Source: Parachlamydiales bacterium
GTDB lineage: Bacteria; Chlamydiota; Chlamydiia; Chlamydiales; SM23-39
Assembly (NCBI GenBank): GCA_016931275.1
Contig: JAFGFA010000007.1
Span: 52,321-116,320 of the forward strand
Reading direction: 5' to 3'
DNA: 64,000 bases
Below, piece after piece: positions 18,035-27,732 of the stretch. A program made the translations under genes and the position numbers. The stretch's first letter is position 1. Each line of letters opens with the position of its first letter. The notes beneath the pieces were generated by a model. It was not told the origin of the DNA, did not search any database, and saw only the letters and a list, made by a program, of their open reading frames with translations.

Positions 18035-19837
18035 TTAATGACTTGAGCTTCTTTGCAGAAAAGAAGATCGCAATATCGGAGTTATTCCTCCGTCATTGCA
18101 TTGTCTTGCATAGGGCGCAAGAATAGGATGCTCTTCCTTATTGCTCCTTAACACTTCAGAAAAATGCATGGACAATCTCATAGGGGATTGATAAAAAATG
18201 GACATATGATTTGAAAACGTGGTATCAGATTGATCTTCAGATTCTGCGAGAAATCCAGTAGGATAAACGAGTTCTTTCCAAGTTGGCAAGTCTGTTTGAC
18301 ATACAGAAACCATCGTAGCAATTGCCATTATGGCACACCAAAATTTAATGAATGCATCCGAGGTGTATAATTCCTGAATCGCCTTTACAGCTTCTCTTGG
18401 TTTAGTAGTAGTTTCCTGAAGAATAGCTAGTTGTTCCTGAGCTTCGGCTAAAAAAGAAAATTCATTTGTTTGTGTGTTAAAATGAGGTTTTAAACACTCT
18501 TGAATTTCTTGCAAAAAACGATGGGCTATATTTTTTGTTGAGAGAGATGAGGATCGTGAGGGTGACCTTGATCTTTTTGTTAGATCAGCAGTGACATAAG
18601 GATTTAATTGAGCGGAAAATTTTTCTAACCATTCTTTAAGTTCTGTTGCCTGTTTTAAGAGTTTTTTTCGTTGAATATTTTGGGGCCTAAAAAGATTGGA
18701 AATGTTCTCTATCCAGGCAGCTTTCCTTTTTATAAGTTGCTCAGAATAGGTTGTGCTAAACTTTTCAACGACTGTTCTAAGAGTTGTAATTTTATTTAAC
18801 AAATCCGGTTCCCCTATTTGTCTTAAGCTTATTTTTGATAAAATGCTTCGAGTAATCGTTTGATTTTTTGATTCCAGGGTAAATCCATCAGGGGTTTTAA
18901 AATAAAGCAAAGCAAAAATATTAGCGGCTCTATATCTTTTTTCATCTTCATTCTGAATGTTATTTAAAAAGTTTATGCAAACTTGAACGAATTGATTTTG
19001 AAAAATCTGATCCACCAAAAGAGCTCGTAAAGTGCTTCTTATCTCTGCCTGGTGATCAGAAGAAAGAAAATAAAACTCTTCGCTTAGCGATATAAAATAA
19101 CGAGCAAGAGGTTCAAAAACAGAAGAAGGAGCAGGCAAGCCCTGTGCGACTAACGGGTTGCTTCTTGTAGCAGCTATCGGAAGAGAGGTTCTTGATTTCT
19201 GCCACTCAATAAGATCTTGAATAACTCTTCGAAAATCTTCAGGAAGATTTTCAAATTTTTTTGTACCCGTACTAGAAAAATTCCGAGAGATATAAGAACA
19301 AATTTTTTCGATCTCCGGAGAAGTAAAAATTTCCCGCAATTTTGCATTAATGCTCTCGATACTAACTTCATTTTGGAGTAATAGGTTGATCTGTTTTGGC
19401 AATTCATTAATGACTTTTTTGTAAGATTCAAGCATTTGCTGATCGAAAACTTTAACCTTGTATTGTAAAGATTCAAAATGCTCCGATAATTGACATATTA
19501 ACTCTTCTTTATTCTCTTCATTTAATGTCGTTCTCAGATAGGAAATAATCTTGTCCCATTGCCTATCTTCTTTTGATGGAAGAGACGATGGTTTTTTCAA
19601 GATCGCAAAAACGATTAAAGAACATATTAACGCCCCTCCCCCCACTATAATCGCAGCATTAATAAGAGGAAAAGCAGCAACATAAGCAAAACCGGCTCCA
19701 ATCAGAGCGAATATCACCGGTGTTGCAAATAATATTTTACGAGTAGTAGTAGAAATTACAGTATTGGAAGGTTCTTGAGTAGATAAACTCTTTTCTAGAT
19801 TTTCAAGAGAAATTGGTCTAATGCCTACCGTCGTCAT
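18035..19837 (-). CDS. Inc-like membrane protein (600 aa, N-terminal bilobed hydrophobic domain)
   Basis: Residues about 34-82, ILFATPVIFALIGAGFAYVAAFPLINAAIIVGGGALICSLIVFAIL, are followed by a long helical soluble region. Confidence 0.55.
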   Translation of the reverse strand: MTTVGIRPISLENLEKSLSTQEPSNTVISTTTRKILFATPVIFALIGAGFAYVAAFPLINAAIIVGGGALICSLIVFAILKKPSSLPSKEDRQWDKIISYLRTTLNEENKEELICQLSEHFESLQYKVKVFDQQMLESYKKVINELPKQINLLLQNEVSIESINAKLREIFTSPEIEKICSYISRNFSSTGTKKFENLPEDFRRVIQDLIEWQKSRTSLPIAATRSNPLVAQGLPAPSSVFEPLARYFISLSEEFYFLSSDHQAEIRSTLRALLVDQIFQNQFVQVCINFLNNIQNEDEKRYRAANIFALLYFKTPDGFTLESKNQTITRSILSKISLRQIGEPDLLNKITTLRTVVEKFSTTYSEQLIKRKAAWIENISNLFRPQNIQRKKLLKQATELKEWLEKFSAQLNPYVTADLTKRSRSPSRSSSLSTKNIAHRFLQEIQECLKPHFNTQTNEFSFLAEAQEQLAILQETTTKPREAVKAIQELYTSDAFIKFWCAIMAIATMVSVCQTDLPTWKELVYPTGFLAESEDQSDTTFSNHMSIFYQSPMRLSMHFSEVLRSNKEEHPILAPYARQCNDGGITPILRSSFLQRSSSH

Positions 19838-20151
19838 ATTACATTTTCATTATTTTTACATATTATTATACAAAACAATTCAATTTAATTCATTTGTTTT
19901 TATAAAAATTTATTGGTTAATTTCATAAAAAGCTCTCCCAGAAAGTGTTCGTTTATGGAAATTCATCTAATAATTAGATGAAAATAGACAACTTCATAGA
20001 CAGAATTTTTCGCAAGTCAATAATAATAAGCATCTTAAGAGCTGATTTTTAGAGATTTCAGCAATTTTTTTTTATGTTTCTATTGTTGATATTTAATCAA
20101 AATAGGATTATAATTATTAATTATAATAATAAAAAAATAATAGGTTGTAAT

Positions 20152-21147
20152 ATGTCGTCTACCAATATCGTTTCAATCATGAATCCCCAACCCGGGGATG
20201 TTTTTCGAAAGTCCTACCAACCATGGTATAATGGGCTTATTTCTCTAATTAACCACATAGTATTCAAACTTTTTAAAACAGAAAATTCTATGTGGAGACA
20301 AATGGCAACATATTTAAGAGATTCCTTAAATTCAGAAACTTCAAGAACAAATCTACAAGATAGAATACAACGCGATAGAATACAACGCATTGTAACTGCC
20401 TCCTCTTCTCGGGAAATTTCTCGGATTACTCGAGATATCTTAGCAACAGAACTGCAAGAGCCAAATGACTTTGCGGGACTGAAACGTTTAAGTACTCCCC
20501 CCAATAGATTACGCTTTTCTGCTATTACAGGATTTTTAAATACTTTGCAAAATGTGCCAATTGTTTCTGGATGTTTTCAGCCTGAAAATTCATTACCCTT
20601 TGAGTCCGTGAAACGACAGATTGATGAGGCTATCAACCAGAACGATGCTGCTCAAAAAATTCTTATTCCTATTGCAGTCGGTAAACCCACTCTTGGAGAA
20701 TTAGGAAAACATATTGTCCTTCTAGTACTGGACCCGCAAAACGAGGAAATTTGGTTTTTAGATTCCAAAGGTTCTGATTATCGCCATCCGGCTAATAAAA
20801 TATACGATTCCGCCGAAGGCAGTTATACTATTAGAGATGTCGTTGATTATTGTCATACCAAGATGAGGAACCCGCAAGAAATAACTATTAAAATGCTCTC
20901 CACGGCCTGTCAAGAAGATACGTCGCAATGCGGAGTTTTTGTGTCATATTTCGCTGATCAAATCGCTCAAGGACAAACTATAGAGCAGATTGGTCAAAAT
21001 CTACCAACTAGCAGAAAAATGGTTCCATTCCGAGCAGAGATGATGAGCCGAATTGTCGCTCATGTGTGTAATAAAGAAGAACCTATAACACAAGAACCTA
21101 TACAAAAACCTGTTGCGGATGAGCCGGAGTACGATCTTGGGGAATGA
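20152..21147 (+). CDS. CE-clan cysteine protease (Ulp1/ChlaDub-like deubiquitinase/deSUMOylase candidate)
   Basis: Ordered catalytic motifs HIVLLVLD (His), WFLDSKG (Asp) and TSQCGVFVSYF (Gln...Cys), as in the Ulp1/C48 and ChlaDub families. Start set at ATG 20152 (MSSTN); the longest ORF begins in an AT-rich spacer. Confidence 0.75.
   Translation: MSSTNIVSIMNPQPGDVFRKSYQPWYNGLISLINHIVFKLFKTENSMWRQMATYLRDSLNSETSRTNLQDRIQRDRIQRIVTASSSREISRITRDILATELQEPNDFAGLKRLSTPPNRLRFSAITGFLNTLQNVPIVSGCFQPENSLPFESVKRQIDEAINQNDAAQKILIPIAVGKPTLGELGKHIVLLVLDPQNEEIWFLDSKGSDYRHPANKIYDSAEGSYTIRDVVDYCHTKMRNPQEITIKMLSTACQEDTSQCGVFVSYFADQIAQGQTIEQIGQNLPTSRKMVPFRAEMMSRIVAHVCNKEEPITQEPIQKPVADEPEYDLGE
20359..20388 (+). 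repeat. perfect 15-nt tandem duplication inside the CE-protease gene
   Basis: GATAGAATACAACGC occurs twice in a row, encoding DRIQR-DRIQR. Confidence 0.9.
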
Positions 21148-21313
21148 TAGAATAAGATTTAATTCTTTTTCCATTTCTTGATCTAAATATCTTTCTTTAA
21201 AATAAGAAGTTCCTTAAAGGCACACACTTAGGTCTGTTGAATATCTATGCTGTAATTTTTATATTTTGTTTTTTTTGGTGATTGAAAGCTTTTTAAGCAT
21301 ATAAGAATCGGGT

Positions 21314-21387
21314 TAGCGGCACTCGGATTCGAACCAAGGACACGCGGATTATGATTCCGCTGCTCTAACCAGCTGAGCTATGCCGCT
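21314..21387 (-). tRNA. tRNA with CAT anticodon (elongator Met, or Ile2 if lysidine-modified)
   Basis: The reverse complement folds as a 74-nt cloverleaf: acceptor AGCGGCA/TGCCGCT, D arm GCTC..GAGC, anticodon stem GCGGA/TCCGC with loop ATCATAA, T arm CTTGG-TTCGAAT-CCGAG. CCA is not encoded. Confidence 0.85.
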
Positions 21388-21398
21388 ATAAATAAAAA

Positions 21399-21471
21399 TG
21401 GCGGGGGGAGGACTCGAACCTCCGACCTTTGGGTTATGAGCCCAACGAGCTAACCACTGCTCCACCCCGCG
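21399..21471 (-). tRNA. initiator tRNA-fMet (CAT)
   Basis: The reverse complement starts CGCGGGGTGGAGCAG. It has three consecutive G:C pairs closing the anticodon stem (GGG-CTCATAA-CCC), an unpaired 1:72 position and T loop TTCGAGT. It is 73 nt, and CCA is not encoded. Confidence 0.85.
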
Positions 21472-21529
21472 GCAAATTATGAGAAAAATATAGCACTTTA
21501 CAAGCGCCTCATCAAGAGTTTTTTTTCGG

Positions 21530-22822
21530 TTATTTTTTTGTGGTCTTAAGAATCTTTCCGTTATCGGTATTCTCGATAAGTTCTTCAATGATGTCTTTTA
21601 GAGAGTTTTTTAGTTTTCTTTGAAGGTTTTTTACTCCTTGCTGAAGTTGTGATCGAACCAAAGAATTATTTTTAAATTCTTCCAGATAAGAATAAAGACG
21701 ATCCAATCCTACCCCCTGCCCAGCCATTTCTGTTTCCACTAAACGCTGAAACTCTTTTTGCGCGTCCATATAAGGGCCAAAAATAACAGGAATATTGCAA
21801 AAGATAGGTTCCAAAATATTATGTCCTCCAACGTTTGGGATAAAGCTTCCTGCAACGATTGCCAGATCGCTTAAAGAATAACATACGGGTAAAAAGCCCA
21901 TAGTATCAACGAGAATAACGCTTGCTTTTTCCAGTTCTACAGGATTGCTGAAGAGAGAAAAAGGAAGCTTTTCTTTGACCAATAAATTTTTAACTTCTGT
22001 AAATCTTTCCGGATGCCTAGGAGCTAGAAAAATTTTCGTAGAAGACGATAAAAGAGGACGCAAAGCATGCAGCAACAATTTTTCTTCAGGATAGTGTGTA
22101 GAAGCGATCGTTACGACAAAATGATCGGTGATGCAAAAATGATCTTTCCATTTTTTTTGTTCTTCTAAAGACAATGCTGAGATATTAGCGCTCAATTTAA
22201 GATTAGGGGCAATCTTGAGTTTATCAGAGGGGATATCTAATGTTAAAAACCGTTCTTCATAAAGAGAATTTTGAACGTAGATCCTATCGAATAAGGAAAA
22301 GAGCTTTTTACTAAAAAAAAGACATTTTTTATACCGCCTAGCAGATCTTTGGGATATTTTGGCGCTGAGCGCTACAATTTTCGCGCCCTCTTTTTTAGCA
22401 TATTTTGCAAAGTGAAGCCAAAAATCCGATTCGATAAAAATGACTAAATTAGGATGAGTTTTTCGAAGGATTCGTCGCATTAAAAAAGAAAAATCGAAAG
22501 GAAGATAGATACGCGCATCCGCAGCGACGGATTTTAAGGCTTCTTCCATTCCTGTAGTCGTGATCGTAGAAAAAATAATAAAAACAGAGGGATATTGTTC
22601 TTTAAGTTCTCGAATAAGAGAAACGGCCGATTTCGTCTCCCCTAAAGAGACCGCATGAATCCATATTACATAACGCCCTTTAGGAACCTCTAGGGAATAA
22701 AAAAAACGGCGAAGATGATGCTGAAAGCTTTTTCTTCTAAAAAGTCCATCGAAAAGGATCTTCGGCAGCAAAAAGAAAAGATAGCCCAAGAGGATCATGT
22801 TATAAAAAAAAGAAAAACCCAT
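21530..22822 (-). CDS. waaA: 3-deoxy-D-manno-octulosonic acid (Kdo) transferase
   Basis: WIHAVSLGETKSAVSLIRELKEQYP and C-terminal GGHNILEP match KdtA/WaaA motifs. Its start codon shares one base with the leuS stop (TAATG). Confidence 0.9.
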   Translation of the reverse strand: MGFSFFYNMILLGYLFFLLPKILFDGLFRRKSFQHHLRRFFYSLEVPKGRYVIWIHAVSLGETKSAVSLIRELKEQYPSVFIIFSTITTTGMEEALKSVAADARIYLPFDFSFLMRRILRKTHPNLVIFIESDFWLHFAKYAKKEGAKIVALSAKISQRSARRYKKCLFFSKKLFSLFDRIYVQNSLYEERFLTLDIPSDKLKIAPNLKLSANISALSLEEQKKWKDHFCITDHFVVTIASTHYPEEKLLLHALRPLLSSSTKIFLAPRHPERFTEVKNLLVKEKLPFSLFSNPVELEKASVILVDTMGFLPVCYSLSDLAIVAGSFIPNVGGHNILEPIFCNIPVIFGPYMDAQKEFQRLVETEMAGQGVGLDRLYSYLEEFKNNSLVRSQLQQGVKNLQRKLKNSLKDIIEELIENTDNGKILKTTKK

Positions 22823-25389
22823 TATTTCATCACGATATTTAAAAGCTTATCGGGCACAAAAATGATTTTAACCATTTCTCCCTGTAAATGTTTGGCTATA
22901 GCAGGATGTTCTTTTGCGTAGAGAAGAATGTCCTCCTTTAAAGCTCCTCGAGGCTTTTCACATTTTCCGCGAAATTTTCCGTTGACCTGAATGACAAAAG
23001 TAACCGTTTCATCGATAAGCATTTTTTCATCGACTACCGGTAATGCTCTATAGGCAATCGAGCTCTTTTCTCCCAAATCTTCCCATAGTTCCTCTGCAAT
23101 ATGGGGAGCTAAGGGATATAGCATCTGTACTGCCATCTTGATCACTGTCTTGGGATACTGATCAAGGGCCGTGAATGCATTGATAAATTCCATCAATTTC
23201 GCGATTGCCGTATTAAATTGCATAGTTTCAATGTCGTGAGTTACCCCGTTCACTAAACGATGCCCCAATCGAAGAGCTTCCTCTGTATCAACATCTGTAA
23301 CTTTTTCTGAATGACTCATATCATAAAAACGGTACAAAAAACGATAACATCCGTGTACTGCATCGGTGTTCCATATTTTTTCTTTATCAAAAGGCCCCAT
23401 AAACATTTCATAAAGCCTTAATGCATCTGCTCCAAACTCATGGACAATTTCATCTGGCGTGACTCCGTTGAGTTTAGATTTCGACATTTTTTCCAACTGT
23501 TTTAACACCTTTTTTTGAGTGGATGTTTGAATAAAATTCCCCTCTTTTTCTTCGACTTCTTCAAAAGGAATATATGCTCCGCTCTCTAATTTATAAGAAG
23601 GCGCTGTGACTATTCCCTGATAACGATATGTTTGGAAAGGTTCTTTTGTATGAACTAGCTGTAAATCGTAGAGGACTTTATGCCAAAAGCGCGCATAAAG
23701 AAGATGCAACACCGCATGCTCTGCTCCTCCAACATATAGATCTACAGGCATCCAATATCGTTCTTTTTCAAGGTTCCAAGCCTCCTGACAGTTATGAGGA
23801 TCTAAAAAGCGTAAATAATACCAACAAGATCCTGCCCATTGCGGCATGGTATTAATTTCCCTGTGAGCTTTTTTTCCGGTTTTTTTATCGACTATTTCCA
23901 CCCAATCGCGAACGTTGGCTAAAGGACTTTCCCCTCCTTTACCTGGATGAAAATCTTCGATGTTTGGAGGAATTAAGGGAAGTTCATCAAGATCTAAAGG
24001 ACGAGCGGTTCCATCATCAAAATGAAGGATCGGGATCGGTTCTCCCCAATAGCGCTGACGAGAAAATAGCCAGTCCCGTAATTTATAAGATGTCGTTCCT
24101 TTTCCCAAATGCTTTTCTTCCAGATAGGCAATCATCTTGTCTTTAGCTTCTCCTATGCTAAGGCCATTGAGGGAAAAATCTCGATTGGTACTGTTGATCA
24201 CTTTTCCTGCTTTTTCCCAACATTTTTTTCCATTTAGAATTTGTTCTCTCACCATCTTTGCGTCATCAAAAAATTCTTCCTGTAATAGAGCCGGGTCAGG
24301 ATCATAGACAGGACGAATGACAATAGAAAATTTCTTCGCAAAGTCAAAATCTCTTTCATCATGGGCCGGTACGGCCATAATCGCCCCCGTCCCATATCCC
24401 ATAAGGACATAATCGGAGATCCAAATCGGAATTTTTTCTCCTGAGATTGGATGAAGGGCAAACGCTCCAGTCCATTCTCCGGTTTTTTCTTTAACAAGAT
24501 CCGTTCTTTCCAGATCACTCTTGGTAGAACTTGTCTTTTGATATTTTTCGACAGCCTCTTTTTGTTCTAATGAGGTAATTTTGGATACCAAGGGATGTTC
24601 CGGAGATAAAACAAGATAGGTTGCTCCAAAAAGAGTATCTGGCCGTGTTGTAAAAACAGTTATCTTTTCTGAAGTTGTAGCTTCTATAAAATCAATGGCG
24701 GCCCCTTCGCTTTTTCCAATCCAGTTTCTCTGTAATTTTTTTAAATTTTCAGGCCAATCGAGTTCTTCTAAATCTTCCAATAGCCGTTCGGCATAAGCAG
24801 TAATTTTAAGCACCCATTGTCTCAATGGTTTTCGGATAACAGGATATCCCCCTTCTTTAGAAAAACCGTTTTCCACTTCTTCATTGGCCAAAACAGTTCC
24901 AAGATCAGGACAATAATTAACCAGTAATTCAGCCTCATAGGCTAAATTTTTTTCATAGAGCTTAGTAAAAATCCATTGAGTCCATTTATAGTATTCGGGA
25001 TCACTTGTTGCCATCTCACGGTCCCAATCATAGCTAAATCCTAACGATTGTAACTGCTTTCTATAAGTGTCGATATTTTTTTTGGTAGTGATGCGGGGAT
25101 GAGTTCCTGTGCGCATAGCATACTGTTCTGCCGGAAGGCCAAAACTATCCCACCCCATAGGATGAAGTACATTATACCCCTTTTGACGCATATAACGAGC
25201 TAGGATGTCGGTTCCGGTATAACCGGTTACGTGACCTACATGAAGCCCTGCACCTGATGGATAAGGAAACATATCCAAAATATAGTATTTAGGCTTTTTA
25301 GGATCGATTTGCGCCTTAAAAGTCTGATGATCGGCCCAGTATTTTTGCCATTTTTTTTCGATGATTCGATGGTTATATTTTTTTCTCAT
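22822..25389 (-). CDS. leuS: leucine--tRNA ligase
   Basis: 855 aa. HIGH motif ([12 protein letters not shown]), KMSKS motif ([10 protein letters not shown]), and the LeuRS-specific editing domain length. Confidence 0.97.
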   Translation of the reverse strand: MRKKYNHRIIEKKWQKYWADHQTFKAQIDPKKPKYYILDMFPYPSGAGLHVGHVTGYTGTDILARYMRQKGYNVLHPMGWDSFGLPAEQYAMRTGTHPRITTKKNIDTYRKQLQSLGFSYDWDREMATSDPEYYKWTQWIFTKLYEKNLAYEAELLVNYCPDLGTVLANEEVENGFSKEGGYPVIRKPLRQWVLKITAYAERLLEDLEELDWPENLKKLQRNWIGKSEGAAIDFIEATTSEKITVFTTRPDTLFGATYLVLSPEHPLVSKITSLEQKEAVEKYQKTSSTKSDLERTDLVKEKTGEWTGAFALHPISGEKIPIWISDYVLMGYGTGAIMAVPAHDERDFDFAKKFSIVIRPVYDPDPALLQEEFFDDAKMVREQILNGKKCWEKAGKVINSTNRDFSLNGLSIGEAKDKMIAYLEEKHLGKGTTSYKLRDWLFSRQRYWGEPIPILHFDDGTARPLDLDELPLIPPNIEDFHPGKGGESPLANVRDWVEIVDKKTGKKAHREINTMPQWAGSCWYYLRFLDPHNCQEAWNLEKERYWMPVDLYVGGAEHAVLHLLYARFWHKVLYDLQLVHTKEPFQTYRYQGIVTAPSYKLESGAYIPFEEVEEKEGNFIQTSTQKKVLKQLEKMSKSKLNGVTPDEIVHEFGADALRLYEMFMGPFDKEKIWNTDAVHGCYRFLYRFYDMSHSEKVTDVDTEEALRLGHRLVNGVTHDIETMQFNTAIAKLMEFINAFTALDQYPKTVIKMAVQMLYPLAPHIAEELWEDLGEKSSIAYRALPVVDEKMLIDETVTFVIQVNGKFRGKCEKPRGALKEDILLYAKEHPAIAKHLQGEMVKIIFVPDKLLNIVMK

Positions 25390-25501
25390 GGTGATTTCCG
25401 TCGCCTTTTATCAATTAATATAACGAAGAGTCTAAAAGAATTCATCCTCTTTGCATAAATTCAAAAAAAAATTATCATGGTTTTCCCTTAAGGAGGTATT
25501 T

Positions 25502-26032
25502 ATGACAGAGCCTGTTAAAACCCTTACTCAGGAAAATTACTCTCAACAATTATCCCATTTTTGCATCTCAAAATGGCACTTGGCTAATGCAAAAACCATA
25601 GAAAATCCTTTGACGGCGTTGGTTTATTCGTTAGCGCTAAAAGTTTTTTCTTCGTTTCTCACATACGGATTTCAAAGCATCGGATGCTATTTTGGCTATC
25701 CTATTTTTATAGCTTCATTGATATTTGATATGTTCCTCTTAATCAATATCCCGGAAATTATAACAAGAAAGAGCACTGAAGCTATTCAAGCTCTTGATCC
25801 TCGGCCTATAGTCCATCATGTCCAGCAAAGTATTCAGCAGAAAATAGTGGAACCTGTAAGAGAAAAAACTGCTATTGCCTATGAAAATATGCAAAAATCA
25901 GAATCCGGGGCACAATTCATTGAAGATATGAGTTGTGTCAAGTTTGTGTTATGGAATTCATGGTTTGATCCTCTCAAACAATTTTTTTCTCCTTCAAGTA
26001 ACACTTCCAAAGAATGCTGTCCGCATGAATAA
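25502..26032 (+). CDS. hypothetical membrane protein, Inc-like hydrophobic pair
   Basis: AAGGAGG lies 7 nt upstream of ATG 25502. The hydrophobic stretch is LTALVYSLALKVFSSFLTYGFQSIGCYFGYPIFIASLIFDMFLLI. The 3' end overlaps the convergent ispG by 59 nt. Confidence 0.45.
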   Translation: MTEPVKTLTQENYSQQLSHFCISKWHLANAKTIENPLTALVYSLALKVFSSFLTYGFQSIGCYFGYPIFIASLIFDMFLLINIPEIITRKSTEAIQALDPRPIVHHVQQSIQQKIVEPVREKTAIAYENMQKSESGAQFIEDMSCVKFVLWNSWFDPLKQFFSPSSNTSKECCPHE

Positions 26033-27686
26033 CAGGAATGTTCTTTTGAATAAGCACTCCTTTTTTATAGAGATCGACATGATCTTTTTTAGAGCCGAGA
26101 AGCCCTATGTCAGCATCTCCCATTTCTCTAAGCCCATTGACGACACATCCCATCACGGCTACGGTAATCCCATGACAGGATTTCATTTTTTCTTTAACCT
26201 TCTTTGTCAGCGTTTGGATGTCATAGAGAGTTCTTCCGCAACCGGGACAGGAAATCACCCTTGCCTTTTTATGGGAAGAAAACGAATAAAAAAGATGAGA
26301 AAAAATTTCTGCAACAGGAGATATTTTGGAGGATTGAATGACAAAACCATCCACAAGGCCTTCTACTAAAATGCTTCCAAGTTCCCCTCCAATCTGGAGT
26401 ATCGATTTATCCTGTACCCCATACAGTAAAAAAACAGGAAGACCGATATTGCTTTTAGATAAGTAGTCCCGACATTTTCTGAGAAAAAAAAGAGGTTTTT
26501 CTGCAACATCCACCAAAATCATTTTTTTGTTATTCCAGAAGCATTCTGCCTTATGGATTTCCTCGAGTGTCGAAATTTTACAAATCGAAGAAGGATTTTT
26601 TAGATTACAAGCATGATTATCTTCGATCTCTTCAGTAAAAAAACAATTTGTCCATTCTTTGTTCATCGTTTCCATATTTCTGTCTTTGAATAGCTTCTTT
26701 GACGTAAAGATTCCAAAAGGATAGGACAAATGATCCTGCAAAAGAGAATCGAGGTTTTGATCGTCTATCATAAAAAATAGCTGAGGATCAATTATGGATG
26801 CGCGAAAAAGAGAAGATCGATGCACAACACGTTTTGTAGAAGAATAATAACTTTTATAGAGCTGACAGAGCTCTTGACAGGGAGAAATTTCATTGAAAGG
26901 ATCTTCTGTTAAGGAGACGCGAATTGTATCTCCGATTCCCTGCAAAAGAAGGGTTCCTATGCCAATAGCGGAATGAATTCTTCCTTCTAATCCTTCTCCG
27001 GCTTCTGTAACACCAACATGAAGAGGATAATCCCATCCACAATCGAGCATTTCCAATACTAATTTTTGATAGGCCTTGATCATGATGGAGGTGTCTGAAG
27101 CCTTTAAGGAAAAGAAAAAATTATGAAAGTGATGATTACGTAAAATTTTTCCAAACTCTAAAGCCGACGCCACCATTCCCTCAAAAGAATTTCCATACAA
27201 CGCTTCAATTCTAGGAGAAAGAGAGCCATAATTGACCCCAATACGGACAGCAACGTTTCTTTTGGAACAAAGAGCCAGAAACGGACCGATTTTTTCATCA
27301 ATACCCTCCAAAGGGTGCTGCTTTGTATCTCGACAATAGTTTCCGGGATTAATACGTACTTTATCGACAAATTCTGCTGCAATGAGTGCCGCTAAAGGAT
27401 AAAAGTGGACATCCGCCACTAAAGGGATCGTATACCCTTTTCGCAACAAAATATTCTTAATGTTCTCACAACTATAGGCCTCTTTTTTTCCCTGAACCGC
27501 AAGCCGAACAATTTCACACCCACCGTCTGCTAGGTGCATAATTTGGTCTACGGTAGCCGCGACATTGTTGGTATTGGTATTCGTCATGGATTGTATGCGT
27601 ACAGGATTGTTTCCTCCAACAGGAACAGATCCCACAACAACTTCTCTAGTAATAAAAGATTTTTTTAGATTCATCATAATAAGCAT
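25974..27686 (-). CDS. ispG: 4-hydroxy-3-methylbut-2-enyl diphosphate synthase, long form with inserted domain
   Basis: N-terminal TIM-barrel motif VGGNNPVRIQSMTNT and a C-terminal 4Fe-4S domain (ISCPGCGRT...VAVMGCVVNG). At 570 aa it is about 200 aa longer than the E. coli type because of a central insertion, as in the chlamydial/plant-type enzymes. Confidence 0.92.
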   Translation of the reverse strand: MLIMMNLKKSFITREVVVGSVPVGGNNPVRIQSMTNTNTNNVAATVDQIMHLADGGCEIVRLAVQGKKEAYSCENIKNILLRKGYTIPLVADVHFYPLAALIAAEFVDKVRINPGNYCRDTKQHPLEGIDEKIGPFLALCSKRNVAVRIGVNYGSLSPRIEALYGNSFEGMVASALEFGKILRNHHFHNFFFSLKASDTSIMIKAYQKLVLEMLDCGWDYPLHVGVTEAGEGLEGRIHSAIGIGTLLLQGIGDTIRVSLTEDPFNEISPCQELCQLYKSYYSSTKRVVHRSSLFRASIIDPQLFFMIDDQNLDSLLQDHLSYPFGIFTSKKLFKDRNMETMNKEWTNCFFTEEIEDNHACNLKNPSSICKISTLEEIHKAECFWNNKKMILVDVAEKPLFFLRKCRDYLSKSNIGLPVFLLYGVQDKSILQIGGELGSILVEGLVDGFVIQSSKISPVAEIFSHLFYSFSSHKKARVISCPGCGRTLYDIQTLTKKVKEKMKSCHGITVAVMGCVVNGLREMGDADIGLLGSKKDHVDLYKKGVLIQKNIPVIHADSILWKCYLKEKKIV

Positions 27687-27732
27687 ACCAAAAAGAAATC
27701 TTAATATCAGTGAAAAATGACGGCTCTTTCAG

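Noticed and set aside
21349-21588. 79-aa ORF on the minus strand
   Set aside because: It is the translation of the two tRNA genes (peptides such as GIAQLVRAAES and VGGSSPPPA are typical tRNA read-through artefacts). It also overlaps the 3' end of waaA.
23628-24518. Several 60-90-aa ORFs antisense to or nested in leuS. Similar ones occur inside recF, dnaN, rarA, ispG, pfp, pyrG, zwf, ugd and others.
   Set aside because: They lie wholly inside strongly supported conserved genes. They have low-complexity or odd composition and no SD. They are expected by chance in AT-rich DNA.
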